Shown here: in pieces, positions 27,356 to 37,461 of the stretch
How positions within the stretch are numbered: the stretch's first letter is position 1
Layout: every line of letters begins with the position of its first letter
Source of the DNA: an uncultured Candidatus Saccharibacteria bacterium
GTDB lineage: Bacteria; Patescibacteriota; Minisyncoccia; Phycocordibacterales; UBA2100
Assembly (NCBI GenBank): GCA_964434285.1
Contig: CAYSUJ010000001.1
Location: 240,564 to 304,563, forward strand
Direction: 5' to 3'
DNA length: 64,000 bases
Position numbers and translations under genes: made by a program
Notes under the pieces: generated by a model
What the model saw: only the letters and a program-made list of their open reading frames with translations
Told to the model about the DNA's origin: nothing
Database searches by the model: none

Positions 27356-29392
27356 GTGCCAGCACCCGCACCGGCCCGCCAGCCTAATACAATGTCACCC
27401 GCCACGATTCGGCATCTTGCGTACGTTGGTGGTGTTGCACTATTCGCAGGAGTCTATTACGTCACCGCAAAATTTGGCCTGCGCGTGACAGAACTACACC
27501 CAAGCGTTACAACCATCTGGGCGCCAACCGGTATCTCATTTGTCGTACTGTTGCTCGCGGGCATCAGATACTGGCCAGGGGTTTTTATCGGAGCATTCGC
27601 CGCGAATCTCACTACCTTTGGCACGGTGATCACGTCATGGCTCATTGCATGCGGCAACACGCTCGAGGCCGTCGTCATCACCTACCTCGTCATAACATTT
27701 GCATTCGGCGTGCGCGTGTTTGATCGTCTCCAAACCGTCGGCACATTCATCGTGGCCGCGCTCGCGGGAGGTGCGATCAGCTCCTCAGTCGGCGTTGGCA
27801 GTCTTCTCATTTTCGATTTTGCAGATCCGCATCTCGCCACGACCATCTGGACAACATGGTTTTTAGGAAACCTCGGCGGTGCCATCGTGATCGCGCCCTT
27901 AGCTCTCGCTTGGTGGAACAACAACCGCATGACCTGGAGCAAAAGGCAGTTCCTTGAAATCGGCGCGGTGCTCTCCGGTGTCCTTCTCACAGCGTATGTG
28001 ATTTTCGGCCCCCCCAGTTTCCCCTTCGACTTTCTTGTCGCACCCGTTCTCGTGTGGGCCATCATGCGCTTCTCGATGCGCGAGGCAATGAGCGCCTTCG
28101 CGCTTCTCTCGGCATGCGCGGTTTTGGGAACCATGGTGGGAAACGGTCCGTTTGCCGCTCATCCGCCAGCGCTCTCGCTCCTCTATTTGCAAACCTTCTT
28201 CGTCGTTGTGGGCATGTGTATTCTTGCACTTTCAGCGACGGTCGCCGAACGTCGAAGCATTGAAACATCGCTCAAAAATGCTGACCGCGCCAAAGACCAG
28301 TTCCTCTCAATGCTCTCTCACGAGCTTCGAAATCCCTTAACGACCATCGTAAGCTACGCGCAGCTTCTCACCTACGGCAAGCGCACTGCCGACGAACGCC
28401 TCATGTTAGACAACATGCAGAAAGAAATCGAGCACATTACACACCTACTCGAAGACCTCCTCGATCTCTCGCGCATCCGTCGCGGCCGCATCGAGCTCAA
28501 GCGAGACCTCGTCAATGTTGAGAAAGTCGCTCGCGATGCGGGAGAGAGCGCTCATTCGATCATGCACGAACGCGGGCTCGCCTTTTCTGTCGAGAGCGAA
28601 TCATCACTCTATACGTGGGGCGACGCAACGCGCATTAAGCAAATGATCGTAAATCTGCTTACGAATTCCGCAAAATACACCGACGAAGGCTCGATCACGC
28701 TTTCTGCGCATGCGGAAAAAGAATCGATCGTCGTTCGTGTGAAGGATACGGGCATCGGCATTTCGCCCGCGCGTCTTCCGTTTTTGTTTGATGAATCCCG
28801 AGCGCACGGAGCGCTATCGAAACGCCACTCGCGCGCAGGCCTTGGCATTGGCCTCTCGCTCGTCAATCGCCTTGCCGCTCTCCACGGCGGCACACTGAGT
28901 GCGGAGAGCGAAGGCGAAGGCAAGGGCAGCGTCTTTACGATTCGATTACCGCGCGCTGCCGCAGTCTCGATAGCGCCCGCGGAAACACTCACCTTGCCCG
29001 ACATGGAGAAAGTACCCCCAGCGCGACCAGCTGCAATGCTCTCGATTTTCGTCGTCGACGACAATATACTCTCAGCCGACGCGCTCGCGCAGCTCCTCCA
29101 CACTTATGGCTATCCGACCGAAGCTCTCTACAGCGGTCGCGCACTCCTCAAACGTCTCACCATGCGAGTTCCTGATGTCATCCTGCTCGACATTGATCTC
29201 GGCGATATGAGCGGATACACGGTTGCGGAAAAAATGCACGCACTCCATCTCAACCCTCAACCAATTCTTATCGCACTTTCAGGGTACGGATCCGACGATG
29301 ATATCGAGCGATCACGCGGCGAGGGATTCGCGCACTATTTAGTCAAACCAGTCAACATCACGCACGTGCGAGAAATACTCGCTCGCCTCTAG
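27356..29392 (+). CDS. Hybrid sensor histidine kinase: MASE1 membrane domain, HisKA/HATPase_c, C-terminal receiver
   Basis: About 8 TM helices of MASE1 type, H-box LSHELRNPLT, HATPase G-boxes, and a receiver with VILLDIDLGDMSG. Confidence 0.85.
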   Translation: MPAPAPARQPNTMSPATIRHLAYVGGVALFAGVYYVTAKFGLRVTELHPSVTTIWAPTGISFVVLLLAGIRYWPGVFIGAFAANLTTFGTVITSWLIACGNTLEAVVITYLVITFAFGVRVFDRLQTVGTFIVAALAGGAISSSVGVGSLLIFDFADPHLATTIWTTWFLGNLGGAIVIAPLALAWWNNNRMTWSKRQFLEIGAVLSGVLLTAYVIFGPPSFPFDFLVAPVLVWAIMRFSMREAMSAFALLSACAVLGTMVGNGPFAAHPPALSLLYLQTFFVVVGMCILALSATVAERRSIETSLKNADRAKDQFLSMLSHELRNPLTTIVSYAQLLTYGKRTADERLMLDNMQKEIEHITHLLEDLLDLSRIRRGRIELKRDLVNVEKVARDAGESAHSIMHERGLAFSVESESSLYTWGDATRIKQMIVNLLTNSAKYTDEGSITLSAHAEKESIVVRVKDTGIGISPARLPFLFDESRAHGALSKRHSRAGLGIGLSLVNRLAALHGGTLSAESEGEGKGSVFTIRLPRAAAVSIAPAETLTLPDMEKVPPARPAAMLSIFVVDDNILSADALAQLLHTYGYPTEALYSGRALLKRLTMRVPDVILLDIDLGDMSGYTVAEKMHALHLNPQPILIALSGYGSDDDIERSRGEGFAHYLVKPVNITHVREILARL

Positions 29393-29895
29393 CGCGATCG
29401 CTCCAGATCCACCCATCGATACTGCAACCCCTGATACTCCCGATCCTCCTCAAAAATGACGTTATTAAACTCTTCTTCATATTCAGGAAAAAATGAATCC
29501 CCCTCTTTCTCATCATCGATAAGCGTGAGATACAGCCTGTCGGTAAACGGCAGCGCTTGTCGGTAGACCTCCCCTCCGCCACCAATAAAAACCTCCTCAC
29601 CCCCCGGCGCACCTTTCGCCTTATCAATCGCCCCCTCCACTGACCCAGCAACCATCACATCATATCGATTTACGAAATCGATATTTCGCGTGACGACAAT
29701 ATTCGTCCGTCCCGGCAAGGGTTTCCCAATAGCCGCAAGAATCGATTCAAACGTCTTCCGCCCCATAATCACCGGATGCCCCAACGTGAGTTCCTTAAAC
29801 CGCTTCAAATCATCCGGTATGTGCCACAAAAGCTGATTATCCTTCCCCAAAACCCGCCCCCTCCCAATCGCCGCAATGGCCGAAACCCCCGCCAT
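29389..29895 (-). CDS. folA: Dihydrofolate reductase
   Basis: AIGRGRVLGKDNQLLWHIPDDLKRFKELTLGHPVIMGRKTFESI is the canonical DHFR N-terminus. Confidence 0.9.
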   Translation of the reverse strand: MAGVSAIAAIGRGRVLGKDNQLLWHIPDDLKRFKELTLGHPVIMGRKTFESILAAIGKPLPGRTNIVVTRNIDFVNRYDVMVAGSVEGAIDKAKGAPGGEEVFIGGGGEVYRQALPFTDRLYLTLIDDEKEGDSFFPEYEEEFNNVIFEEDREYQGLQYRWVDLERSR

Positions 29896-29896
29896 A

Positions 29897-30529
29897 TCAG
29901 ACTGCCTTATGAGCAGATTTCAACTTCTTGATATCCCCCGAAAAAACTAATTTCATCTCAGTGGCCTTTTCTTTCTTACCCTTTTCGACGACATCTTTTT
30001 TATGCCAACGACTTTTACGCGCTTCGACGGGATGCTTGAGCTCCTCAAAAACAACCTGGCAGATACGCTCTCCAGGATGCAGAGTGATCACCTGGGAGCG
30101 CGTGTTGTTGCGCACAGGAAGCGTGAGCGGCCCCTCATAGCTCGCATCAATAATTCCCGTGAGGTCAACGGAAAGCCCCTTGCGATTCACTGACGAGCGC
30201 GGGTACAACACACCCATCAAGTCTTTAGGGAGCTTCACCGTCTCAAACGTCGAGACGAGTACATATTCTTGCGGCAAGAGATCAAACGTTTGTCCCTGTT
30301 CGAGCTCGATCACGTCAAAATACTCGGGCCCATGATCCTTCAGCGGGTCGATCATATACGCTTCACGCCCCTCTTTTGTCATGCGCCACTGCTTTGGTAT
30401 GAGAAAGGTGAAGCCCATGCGCAAATCCACCGCATGTGCCTGAAGTTGAAAGGTGTCGAGTGATGGATGAAAAGCGAGTGATCCTTCCTTCACGCGCGCA
30501 ATGATCTCGTCTCTCGTGATGACAGCCAT
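29897..30529 (-). CDS. dcd: dCTP deaminase / dUTPase-superfamily protein
   Basis: Dcd-like beta-barrel motifs. 1-nt gap to folA. Start taken at MAVITRDEII. Confidence 0.7.
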   Translation of the reverse strand: MAVITRDEIIARVKEGSLAFHPSLDTFQLQAHAVDLRMGFTFLIPKQWRMTKEGREAYMIDPLKDHGPEYFDVIELEQGQTFDLLPQEYVLVSTFETVKLPKDLMGVLYPRSSVNRKGLSVDLTGIIDASYEGPLTLPVRNNTRSQVITLHPGERICQVVFEELKHPVEARKSRWHKKDVVEKGKKEKATEMKLVFSGDIKKLKSAHKAV

Positions 30530-30539
30530 AGTCGTACAG

Positions 30540-31376
30540 TTATAACACAATAGTCAGCCCCTTAATTGCCTCTTGTGGTCGGTACTGCTTCACAAATTCG
30601 GCAACGATTTCATCAACTAATTTCGGATGCTTCTTCTCAGCGCGTTCGTAGGCATTCTTCGGCATACTAATCTTGATGGGCTTATGTGTATTCTTGCGCC
30701 TTAACATCTCCTTCACGGCATCGTATTGGTTGTCATAGATATGCGCGTTCGAGATGGAGTGCGAGTAGATACCCGGTTTGACCTTCAATTTTTGCGCGAG
30801 AAACATCTGAAGCAGTGCGAAACCCGCCACATCCGCCGGGAACCCGAGCACCATGTCGTTCGAGCGCACCATATTATGCAAATTTAAACGACCGCCGATA
30901 ATGTTCACGGTAAAGGTATACGGGCACGGCACATTCTTCTTGTTGGTAACCCCAAGACCATCCCCCGCCGGATCCCACGTCACCACCACACCATGGCGCG
31001 AGGTCGGATCTTCTTTAAGATGCTTTACGAGAAGCCCGAGCTGATCGCGCCCGAAGTGTTTTCGCCACCGATAGCCGTAGGCCACCGTGACAACATCTGC
31101 CGGATTGGTAAAACTATCCCAAATCTTCGTAAAATCTCGTAAAAAATCTTCGGGTTTGCGTGCGCCAGAAATAAACCACACCTGCTCCGCGACAAACATC
31201 TTTACCGGAATCTTGCGGAGCGTAAGAAGTGGGAAACCGTCTTTCTCGATGTCTATCGAAAAATGCACCCCTGGAATCGCAGCCACTTCGTGTCCCGTGC
31301 GCTTATTCTTCTCGCGCACACCCTCCTTGACGATGCGCTTCAGCATATCTTGATAGATCGCATCGAACTTTGTCAT
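30540..31376 (-). CDS. thyA: Thymidylate synthase (ThyA-type)
   Basis: ThyA fold motifs (FHGRWRG-like region, CxxxQ-type catalytic region). Same operon as dcd and folA. Confidence 0.75.
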   Translation of the reverse strand: MTKFDAIYQDMLKRIVKEGVREKNKRTGHEVAAIPGVHFSIDIEKDGFPLLTLRKIPVKMFVAEQVWFISGARKPEDFLRDFTKIWDSFTNPADVVTVAYGYRWRKHFGRDQLGLLVKHLKEDPTSRHGVVVTWDPAGDGLGVTNKKNVPCPYTFTVNIIGGRLNLHNMVRSNDMVLGFPADVAGFALLQMFLAQKLKVKPGIYSHSISNAHIYDNQYDAVKEMLRRKNTHKPIKISMPKNAYERAEKKHPKLVDEIVAEFVKQYRPQEAIKGLTIVL

Positions 31377-31415
31377 GCGAAGATTATACGCGGTGTGCTA
31401 TATAGTACCTAGACC

Positions 31416-31907
31416 ATGGAGGATTCGAACATGACTGAGACAGGAATCAAGTATCCGTATCTGCCCGAAGGCAAGAAAATTCTGTACGTCCCCGAAGACC
31501 ATCCGCATATGCAACGTGCAAAGGGGCGCGCTCTTGAGCACTCTCTCGACGACGCGGTGAAGACTGGTGCGGTTGTCGTTCGCGGCAGTATTGTCATCGG
31601 CGAGGGGGCAAACGGGAGCGACTATCACAAGACGAACGAATGCGAACGTGTGAAGCGCGGGATGCCGACTGGTCAGGGTTATGAGCTCTGCGAAGGATGC
31701 CACCCGAAGAATCATGCCGAACCACGCGCAATCGCTGACGCGCGCACGAGCGGTCACTCGACCGAAGGCGCCGACCTGTACTTGTATGGTCACTGGTGGT
31801 GTTGCGAACCTTGCTGGCGAGCCATGATAGAGGCGGGTATTGCGAATGTGTACCTACTCGAGCGCAGCGAAATTCTCTTTAACAATAAACGCGAGGCGAA
31901 ACGCTAA
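31416..31907 (+). CDS. dCMP deaminase (CDA-fold zinc deaminase)
   Basis: HAEPRAI (H-A-E) and CCEPC (PCxxC) zinc-binding motifs. Confidence 0.8.
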   Translation: MEDSNMTETGIKYPYLPEGKKILYVPEDHPHMQRAKGRALEHSLDDAVKTGAVVVRGSIVIGEGANGSDYHKTNECERVKRGMPTGQGYELCEGCHPKNHAEPRAIADARTSGHSTEGADLYLYGHWWCCEPCWRAMIEAGIANVYLLERSEILFNNKREAKR

Positions 31908-31912
31908 CCTAA

Positions 31913-31945
31913 GGAGCCGGCAGTTCCCTGAACTGCCGGCTCATT
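31913..31945 (+). terminator. Rho-independent terminator GAGCCGGCAGTTC-cctg-AACTGCCGGCTC plus ATTTTGTG
   Basis: 12-bp perfect stem 6 nt after the dCMP deaminase stop, with a T-rich tail. Confidence 0.7.
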
Positions 31946-32345
31946 TTGTGCACACTCACACATCGATGCCCCAAAAGTAGCCGATCCACGAATAGACGAG
32001 AAGTATCATCGTCTCCAGATCGGGTTCGGCGTACAGGGCAAAAAGAACGACCAGCGCCGTGCCGGAATCAAACAGGCGAACGCTACGAATCCTCGTCTCG
32101 ACGCGCAACTGGTAGCCGATGAACATACCGGCAAGCGCACAATACAGAATCGAAAGTGCCATCTGTGCCTCCTGTGTTCCCTACACCCATGTGTAATATC
32201 ATCTTTACCTCTCCTACTCAAGGAGTACGGTCAAAGTGGAATCCTTCCCCCATGTGCGGCATTCTGATCGAGATCGACATCTTGATTTCAATTTTTTTCG
32301 ATTATACTTAAGTGAGTTAGATGTTCATAGTCGAGGAGAAATGAA

Positions 32346-32522
32346 ATGGGTGAAATTAGTGAGAGAGAGGCAGACCAAGTTGCGCTTGAGGTAGCGCCCA
32401 ATTCTGCGAAAATAATGGCGCAGATAAGAAAAGCCATCGATGAAGACATTGAAAAGTCTTTGCGTCTCGATCTGTTTCGGCAGGCGCGGGGACAGGGCAC
32501 GAAAAACTCCTCGGATAAATGA
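32346..32522 (+). CDS. Hypothetical 58-aa protein (absent from the ORF track; below its size cutoff)
   Basis: GAGGAG Shine-Dalgarno about 9 nt upstream of ATG 32346. Stop overlaps the downstream ATG in an ATGA arrangement. Sequence MGEISEREADQVALEVAPNSAKIMAQIRKAIDEDIEKSLRLDLFRQARGQGTKNSSDK. Confidence 0.35.
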   Translation: MGEISEREADQVALEVAPNSAKIMAQIRKAIDEDIEKSLRLDLFRQARGQGTKNSSDK

Positions 32523-32605
32523 CCGAGCCAGAGAGATTGTCATGCACTTATTATGGCCGACTCACGAGGTTCGGCCATATATTTTGCGCATGCTATCATC
32601 CGTCC

Positions 32606-33283
32606 ATGCGCGGCATACTCATTGATATCGAAGGTGGCGACGGCGCGGGCAAGGCGACGCAGACAAAGATGCTTGCCGAGCGACTCAAGGCGGAAGGACG
32701 AGAAGTCGTCACCTTCTCTTTCCCCCGCTACTACGAATCCCATTCCGGCAAACTCATCGGCGAACTCCTTGCCGGAAAACACGGCGATTTCATGAGTGTG
32801 CCGCCCTACATCTCCGCGCTTCCCTATGCGATGGATCGCGGCACAGCGCGGGATGCGATTCAGGAAGCGCTTGCAAAGGGTGCCACTGTAATCTGCGACC
32901 GCTACACATCATCAAATCTCGCGCACCAAAGTGCAAAACTCCCCAAAGATGAACAGGGCGCACTCGTCGAATTCATCGAGAATCTCGAATATGTCGATTT
33001 ACGCCTCCCACGCCCCGACGTCGTCATGTACCTCTCCGTTCCGACTGATGTTTCTGCGGAGCTCGTCTCAAAGAAAGAGGCCCGCGAATACACAGGAGGC
33101 GAGAAGCGCGATCAGGCCGAACGCAATATGGCACACCAAGATAGAACACGTTCCGCCTACCTGCGATTAGCTGCAGAAAAAGGCTGGCGCATCGTGGAAT
33201 GCGCGCCCTCGGGCGCACTCAGAGGACCTGAAGACATCCACGAGGAGGTGTCAAGAATTGTGCACGAAATGCTGGCGGTATAA
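32606..33283 (+). CDS. tmk: Thymidylate kinase
   Basis: MRGILIDIEGGDGAGKATQ P-loop, DRY motif (ICDRYTSS), Tmk lid region. Confidence 0.85.
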   Translation: MRGILIDIEGGDGAGKATQTKMLAERLKAEGREVVTFSFPRYYESHSGKLIGELLAGKHGDFMSVPPYISALPYAMDRGTARDAIQEALAKGATVICDRYTSSNLAHQSAKLPKDEQGALVEFIENLEYVDLRLPRPDVVMYLSVPTDVSAELVSKKEAREYTGGEKRDQAERNMAHQDRTRSAYLRLAAEKGWRIVECAPSGALRGPEDIHEEVSRIVHEMLAV

Positions 33284-33290
33284 TGCGTGG

Positions 33291-33626
33291 ATGGATTTTG
33301 ATGAGTACGAAAAGTTGGCATCCCGCACGGCAACATTCGACGGCTCGCAAAAAGAATACGCACTCCTCTATCTTGGCCTTGGAGTAACAGGCGAAGCGGG
33401 TGAAATCGCGGAGAAAATTAAGAAGATTGCACGCAACGATAACGGCGTCGTTTCCGATGAGAAACGGGAAGCTCTAAAACAAGAAATTGGCGATGTACTC
33501 TGGTACCTCTCCCAACTCTCGCGCCATCTCGGCATTCCATTCTCTGACGCAGCAAAAGCAAACATCCAAAAAACCGCCGATCGTGCAGCCCGCGGCGTTA
33601 TAAAAAGCTCCGGCGATAACCGATAA
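33291..33626 (+). CDS. MazG-like nucleotide pyrophosphohydrolase
   Basis: EAGEIAE and EIGDVLWYL metal-binding helices of the all-alpha NTP-PPase fold. Confidence 0.65.
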   Translation: MDFDEYEKLASRTATFDGSQKEYALLYLGLGVTGEAGEIAEKIKKIARNDNGVVSDEKREALKQEIGDVLWYLSQLSRHLGIPFSDAAKANIQKTADRAARGVIKSSGDNR

Positions 33627-33683
33627 CGGTATGATTTAGCTTTTTCTACAAACCACAGTCTACAAACTACTAACTACTCCTCT

Positions 33684-34952
33684 ATGGAACTCTACCCTTT
33701 CACCAAAAAACAAGACCCAAAAATCTACAAAGCCCTCCAAGGCGAGGAAAAACGCCAAGCCGCCGGACTCGAACTCATTCCCTCAGAAAACTACGTCTCG
33801 CGCGCCGTGCGTGAGGCAAATTACTCCATCCTCACTAATAAATATTCGGAGGGCTATCCCGGTAAGCGCTACTACGGCGGGCAGGAATTTACCGACGCCG
33901 TGGAAACACTTGCGATCGAGCGCGCAAAAAAGCTCTTCAAGGCGAAGTACGCCAACGTGCAAACACTTGGTGGCGCAAATGCCAACATCGCGATGTATTT
34001 CGCTCTACTCGAACCCGGCGATACCGTCCTCGGCATGGATCTCTCGCATGGCGGCCACCTCACGCACGGTCACCCCGTCACCTATCTCACCAAAATCTTC
34101 CGCTTCGTGCGCTACAAGATGAAAAATCCCGATACCGGCGAGATTGATTACGACGAGATGCGACAGGTGGCGCTCAAGGAGAAGCCGAAAATCCTGCTTG
34201 CAGGATTTTCGGCCTACCCCCGCGAACTCGACTACAAACGCATGGCCGCGATCGCGCGAGAAGTCGGTGCCTATGCCGTGATGGACGTCGCCCACATCGC
34301 AGGACTCATTGCCGGTAAAGCGGTGAAAAACCCCTTCGACTACGGCTTCGACATCATGACCTCAACAACGCACAAAACCCTCCGCGGCCCCCGAGGTGGT
34401 CTCATCCTCATTCGCGAAAGCGAAGAGCTCGCTAAGAAAATCAACAAATCCGTCTTTCCCGGCCTTCAGGGTGGCCCCCACATGCACGCCGTTGCCGCAA
34501 AAGCAGTCGCCTTCGGCGAAGCGCTCTCCCCGAAATTCCGCGTCTATGCGAAACAGGTTCTGAAGAACGCGAAAGCGATGGAGAAAGTATTCAAAGCGCA
34601 CAACATTCGCCTCCTCGCAGGTGGCACGAGCAACCACCTCCTCTTGGCTGACGTGTACGGATCGCTCGGTATCACTGGGCAAGATGCCGAACACACGCTC
34701 GACCTCGTCGGCATTACACTGAACAAAAACTCTGTCGCGGACGACGTCCGCGGCCCAATGGATCCCTCCGGCATCCGTTTCGGCACGCCCGCCATCACGA
34801 CTCGCGGCTTGAAGGAAAAAGAATGCATAAAAGTCGCCGAATGGATGGTCGCCGCACTCAAAAATAAAGACAACAAAAAAGAATTAGTAAAAATTAAAAA
34901 GGAGGTCGAAAAACTCTGCAAAAAATTCCCGATTCCGAACAAGTTCGTATAA
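33684..34952 (+). CDS. glyA: Serine hydroxymethyltransferase
   Basis: LIPSENYVS, PLP-lysine region TTTHKTLRGPRGG, full SHMT length. Confidence 0.95.
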   Translation: MELYPFTKKQDPKIYKALQGEEKRQAAGLELIPSENYVSRAVREANYSILTNKYSEGYPGKRYYGGQEFTDAVETLAIERAKKLFKAKYANVQTLGGANANIAMYFALLEPGDTVLGMDLSHGGHLTHGHPVTYLTKIFRFVRYKMKNPDTGEIDYDEMRQVALKEKPKILLAGFSAYPRELDYKRMAAIAREVGAYAVMDVAHIAGLIAGKAVKNPFDYGFDIMTSTTHKTLRGPRGGLILIRESEELAKKINKSVFPGLQGGPHMHAVAAKAVAFGEALSPKFRVYAKQVLKNAKAMEKVFKAHNIRLLAGGTSNHLLLADVYGSLGITGQDAEHTLDLVGITLNKNSVADDVRGPMDPSGIRFGTPAITTRGLKEKECIKVAEWMVAALKNKDNKKELVKIKKEVEKLCKKFPIPNKFV

Positions 34953-35021
34953 AAAAGCCCCTGTCACATTTAAGACGCGGGGCTTGTCTCGAGCTGGGAC
35001 GTACCCTTGCGAAAACGCTGG

Positions 35022-35240
35022 TTAGTTAGACCGGGTCTTCGCAGTCTCGTGAACAAGCCTCATGAAGTCAGCGAATTGCTCCGCGGTGGCTTCCTGTCGC
35101 TCGTCCTCGATGTACGTTTCCAACTCCTCGGGAGTCATTCTGCGGATATCGTTCCGCATATCATTCTCGATCGTATCCCGGATGTAATCGAGAAATTGCT
35201 GCTCTTTAGGCGACAGCGGCCTTTTCTTGTCTGCGCTCAT
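35022..35240 (-). CDS. Hypothetical small acidic protein
   Basis: ORF only. No motifs. Confidence 0.3.
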   Translation of the reverse strand: MSADKKRPLSPKEQQFLDYIRDTIENDMRNDIRRMTPEELETYIEDERQEATAEQFADFMRLVHETAKTRSN

Positions 35241-35358
35241 CGCGCACCTCCAAGACCTATACCCGATCGTATAGTCTCTACAAATTAACAATAACATTAC
35301 AATTTGTCAATCCCCAAAATCCCATTGAAACAAGCCAAAAATCGGTCATACTACGGAG

Positions 35359-36720
35359 ATGTTTTTTGGTATTGATTTAATCCAAGCAATTCAAGTGATT
35401 GGCTACCCCGGCATTTTTGCGATCATCCTGGCAGAGAGCGGCCTCTTTTTCGCCATCTATCTCCCTGGCGGCTCCCTTCTCTTCACCGCAGGCCTTCTCG
35501 CCTCGCAAGACATTCTCAACATCTGGCTTCTTCTCTCCATCGTCATCGTCGCAGCCGCGCTCGGCGACACGATCGGCTATTGGTTTGGCGCGTGGGTCGG
35601 CCCGGCACTCTGGCGTCGCGAAGATTCCCGCTTCCTCAAGCGAAAACACCTCGAACAAACACGCGAATTCTTCGATGAACACGGTGCGAAGACCATCCTC
35701 CTCGCACGCTTCGTTCCAATCGTACGCACCTTCGCACCGATTCTCGCGGGCGTGGGCGAGATGCGCTATCACACCTTCCTTTTTTACAACCTCCTCGGTG
35801 CACTTATTTGGGGCGGCGGCTTCACACTCGCTGGCTATTTCCTCGGCACCTCAATTCCGGATGCGAGTAAATATCTTGAGGTGATTGTTCTCGGCATTGT
35901 CTTCGTCACCATCCTTCCCTTGGTGCATCATGTGTGGCAAGCGCGCAGGCGTGAAGCGAAAAAAAACGACACCGGAGCATCAAAACCGCACGCATTAATT
36001 TTCGACCTCGACGACACGCTCGCGGAGAGCTTCCAAGCACCGAGCGAGCAAATTCTTGAGAAAGTGTTCACTCTCGCGGAGCGCATGCCGGTTGCCATTA
36101 TGTCGGGAGCCACATTCTCACGCCTCGAACGCGACATCATGCAACGTCTTCCCGCACACCACATGGCACAACTCTCCGTCTTTTCTGACAACGGCGCACG
36201 CGCTGACGTATGGAAAAACGGCACATGGGAAACCGCCTACCACTTCCCCCTTGAAAGCGCCGAGCGAGAACAAATAAAGAACATCGTCTCTGAAGCAGTC
36301 GCGGAAACCGGCGTGTTTAATGCTGAAGAGCCGCAGTATCGCATCATCGACCGCGGCACCTCCGTCTCTTTTGCTGCGCTCGAAGACGGGGCGACGAAAA
36401 CCAAGAAAAGCACATGGGATCCCGATCTTTCCAAGCGCTCAAAGCTTGCAGAAGCTCTCCGCGCGAAACTCCCCGGCTATGAAGTGCTGATCGCCGGCAA
36501 AACCACCATCGACATCGTCCGCAAAGGCATCAGCAAAGCCTACGGCGTTGAATGGCTCGCAGAGCACTTAGGTATCCCAGCAAAAGACATGCTTTTCGTC
36601 GGCGACGCCTTTTACGAAGGCGGGAACGACGCCGCTGTTATCCCCACCGGCATTAAAACCCACCACACGAGCGGCCCCAAAGAAACGGAAGAGCTCATCG
36701 ACAACCTCCTCCGCCCCTAA
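35359..36720 (+). CDS. Fusion of DedA/SNARE-associated membrane domain and HAD-IIB hydrolase
   Basis: N-terminal DedA-like GIFAIILAESGLFFAIYLPGGSLLFTAG with 4-5 TM. C-terminal LIFDLDDTLAES and FVGDAFYEGGNDAAV. The C-terminal half is paralogous to 11362..12084. Confidence 0.75.
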   Translation: MFFGIDLIQAIQVIGYPGIFAIILAESGLFFAIYLPGGSLLFTAGLLASQDILNIWLLLSIVIVAAALGDTIGYWFGAWVGPALWRREDSRFLKRKHLEQTREFFDEHGAKTILLARFVPIVRTFAPILAGVGEMRYHTFLFYNLLGALIWGGGFTLAGYFLGTSIPDASKYLEVIVLGIVFVTILPLVHHVWQARRREAKKNDTGASKPHALIFDLDDTLAESFQAPSEQILEKVFTLAERMPVAIMSGATFSRLERDIMQRLPAHHMAQLSVFSDNGARADVWKNGTWETAYHFPLESAEREQIKNIVSEAVAETGVFNAEEPQYRIIDRGTSVSFAALEDGATKTKKSTWDPDLSKRSKLAEALRAKLPGYEVLIAGKTTIDIVRKGISKAYGVEWLAEHLGIPAKDMLFVGDAFYEGGNDAAVIPTGIKTHHTSGPKETEELIDNLLRP

Positions 36721-36776
36721 CCCAAGGCACCCATCCCCAAGGTCCCCAAGGCGACGCCTTGTTCCAAACAAGCCAA

Positions 36777-37448
36777 TCAGAGAGCCATATTTTTATAGTA
36801 CTCTGCAGCATCTTCCAGGACCTCTGCCAGTTCCACATTTGTTTCGAACAAAGTGCGTGTTTCCGGATCAAGTACTAAGCTTTCAGCCCTCGGTGCACCA
36901 AAATAGTATCCGGCGCTGCTATATTCATAATTCAAAAGACGCTTCTTGAGTTGTGCAATATCTGCCCTGAGAATCCCCCGCTTCCAATGTGGTTCGAACA
37001 ATTCTGCAGGATTAAGATGGAGATAATTCGGTATGTGCATGAAGTGCGCTTCACTCGTGATTCTTCGTGCACGAAATGGTTTGAGAAATAGATTTCCCGT
37101 TCGTTCGTTGCGTTTATTGAAATACATCGTATACGCAGTACCAACTTTTTGCATATAAGAAGAAATGCCTCCTTCTACTATCTCCTGCATCACTATATGA
37201 AAATGATTTGGCATCAGACAATACGCAGCAATAGATACGAGAGGATCGCCGCGTATATGTCTGAAGATCTCATCGTGCGAAAGGAAGTTAACGTCATTTT
37301 GATGTATTGCTTTCGTACTGTTACTCAGATACAAAGCCTGAAGAAAACGCCGATAGTCATGAGGCGAACAGAAAACACGCCTCTTGTCGACGCCACGATT
37401 GTAACAATGATACCATTCACCGACTCCAAAGGACTCTCGCAACGCCAT
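36777..37448 (-). mobile_element. Y1 (HUH) transposase of the IS200/IS605 TnpA / RAYT family
   Basis: YHCYNRGVDKRRVF and AYCLMPNHFHIVMQ match the Transposase_17 His-hydrophobic-His and catalytic Tyr-region signatures. Flanked by palindromes sharing CAAGGCGACGCCTTGTTC. Confidence 0.8.
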
Positions 37449-37461
37449 TGCCTCTACTATA

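Noticed and set aside
31416-31445. tRNA-like GGTTCGAATCCTCC string on the minus strand
   Set aside because: Flanking sequence cannot form a T-stem or acceptor stem. The string is simply the reverse complement of the dCMP deaminase start ATG GAG GAT TCG AAC ATG.
36721-36752. Possible CRISPR or minisatellite: three CCCAAGG tandem units
   Set aside because: There are only three short units with no spacers of CRISPR length and no cas genes nearby. It is interpreted as part of the RAYT-flanking repeat structure instead.
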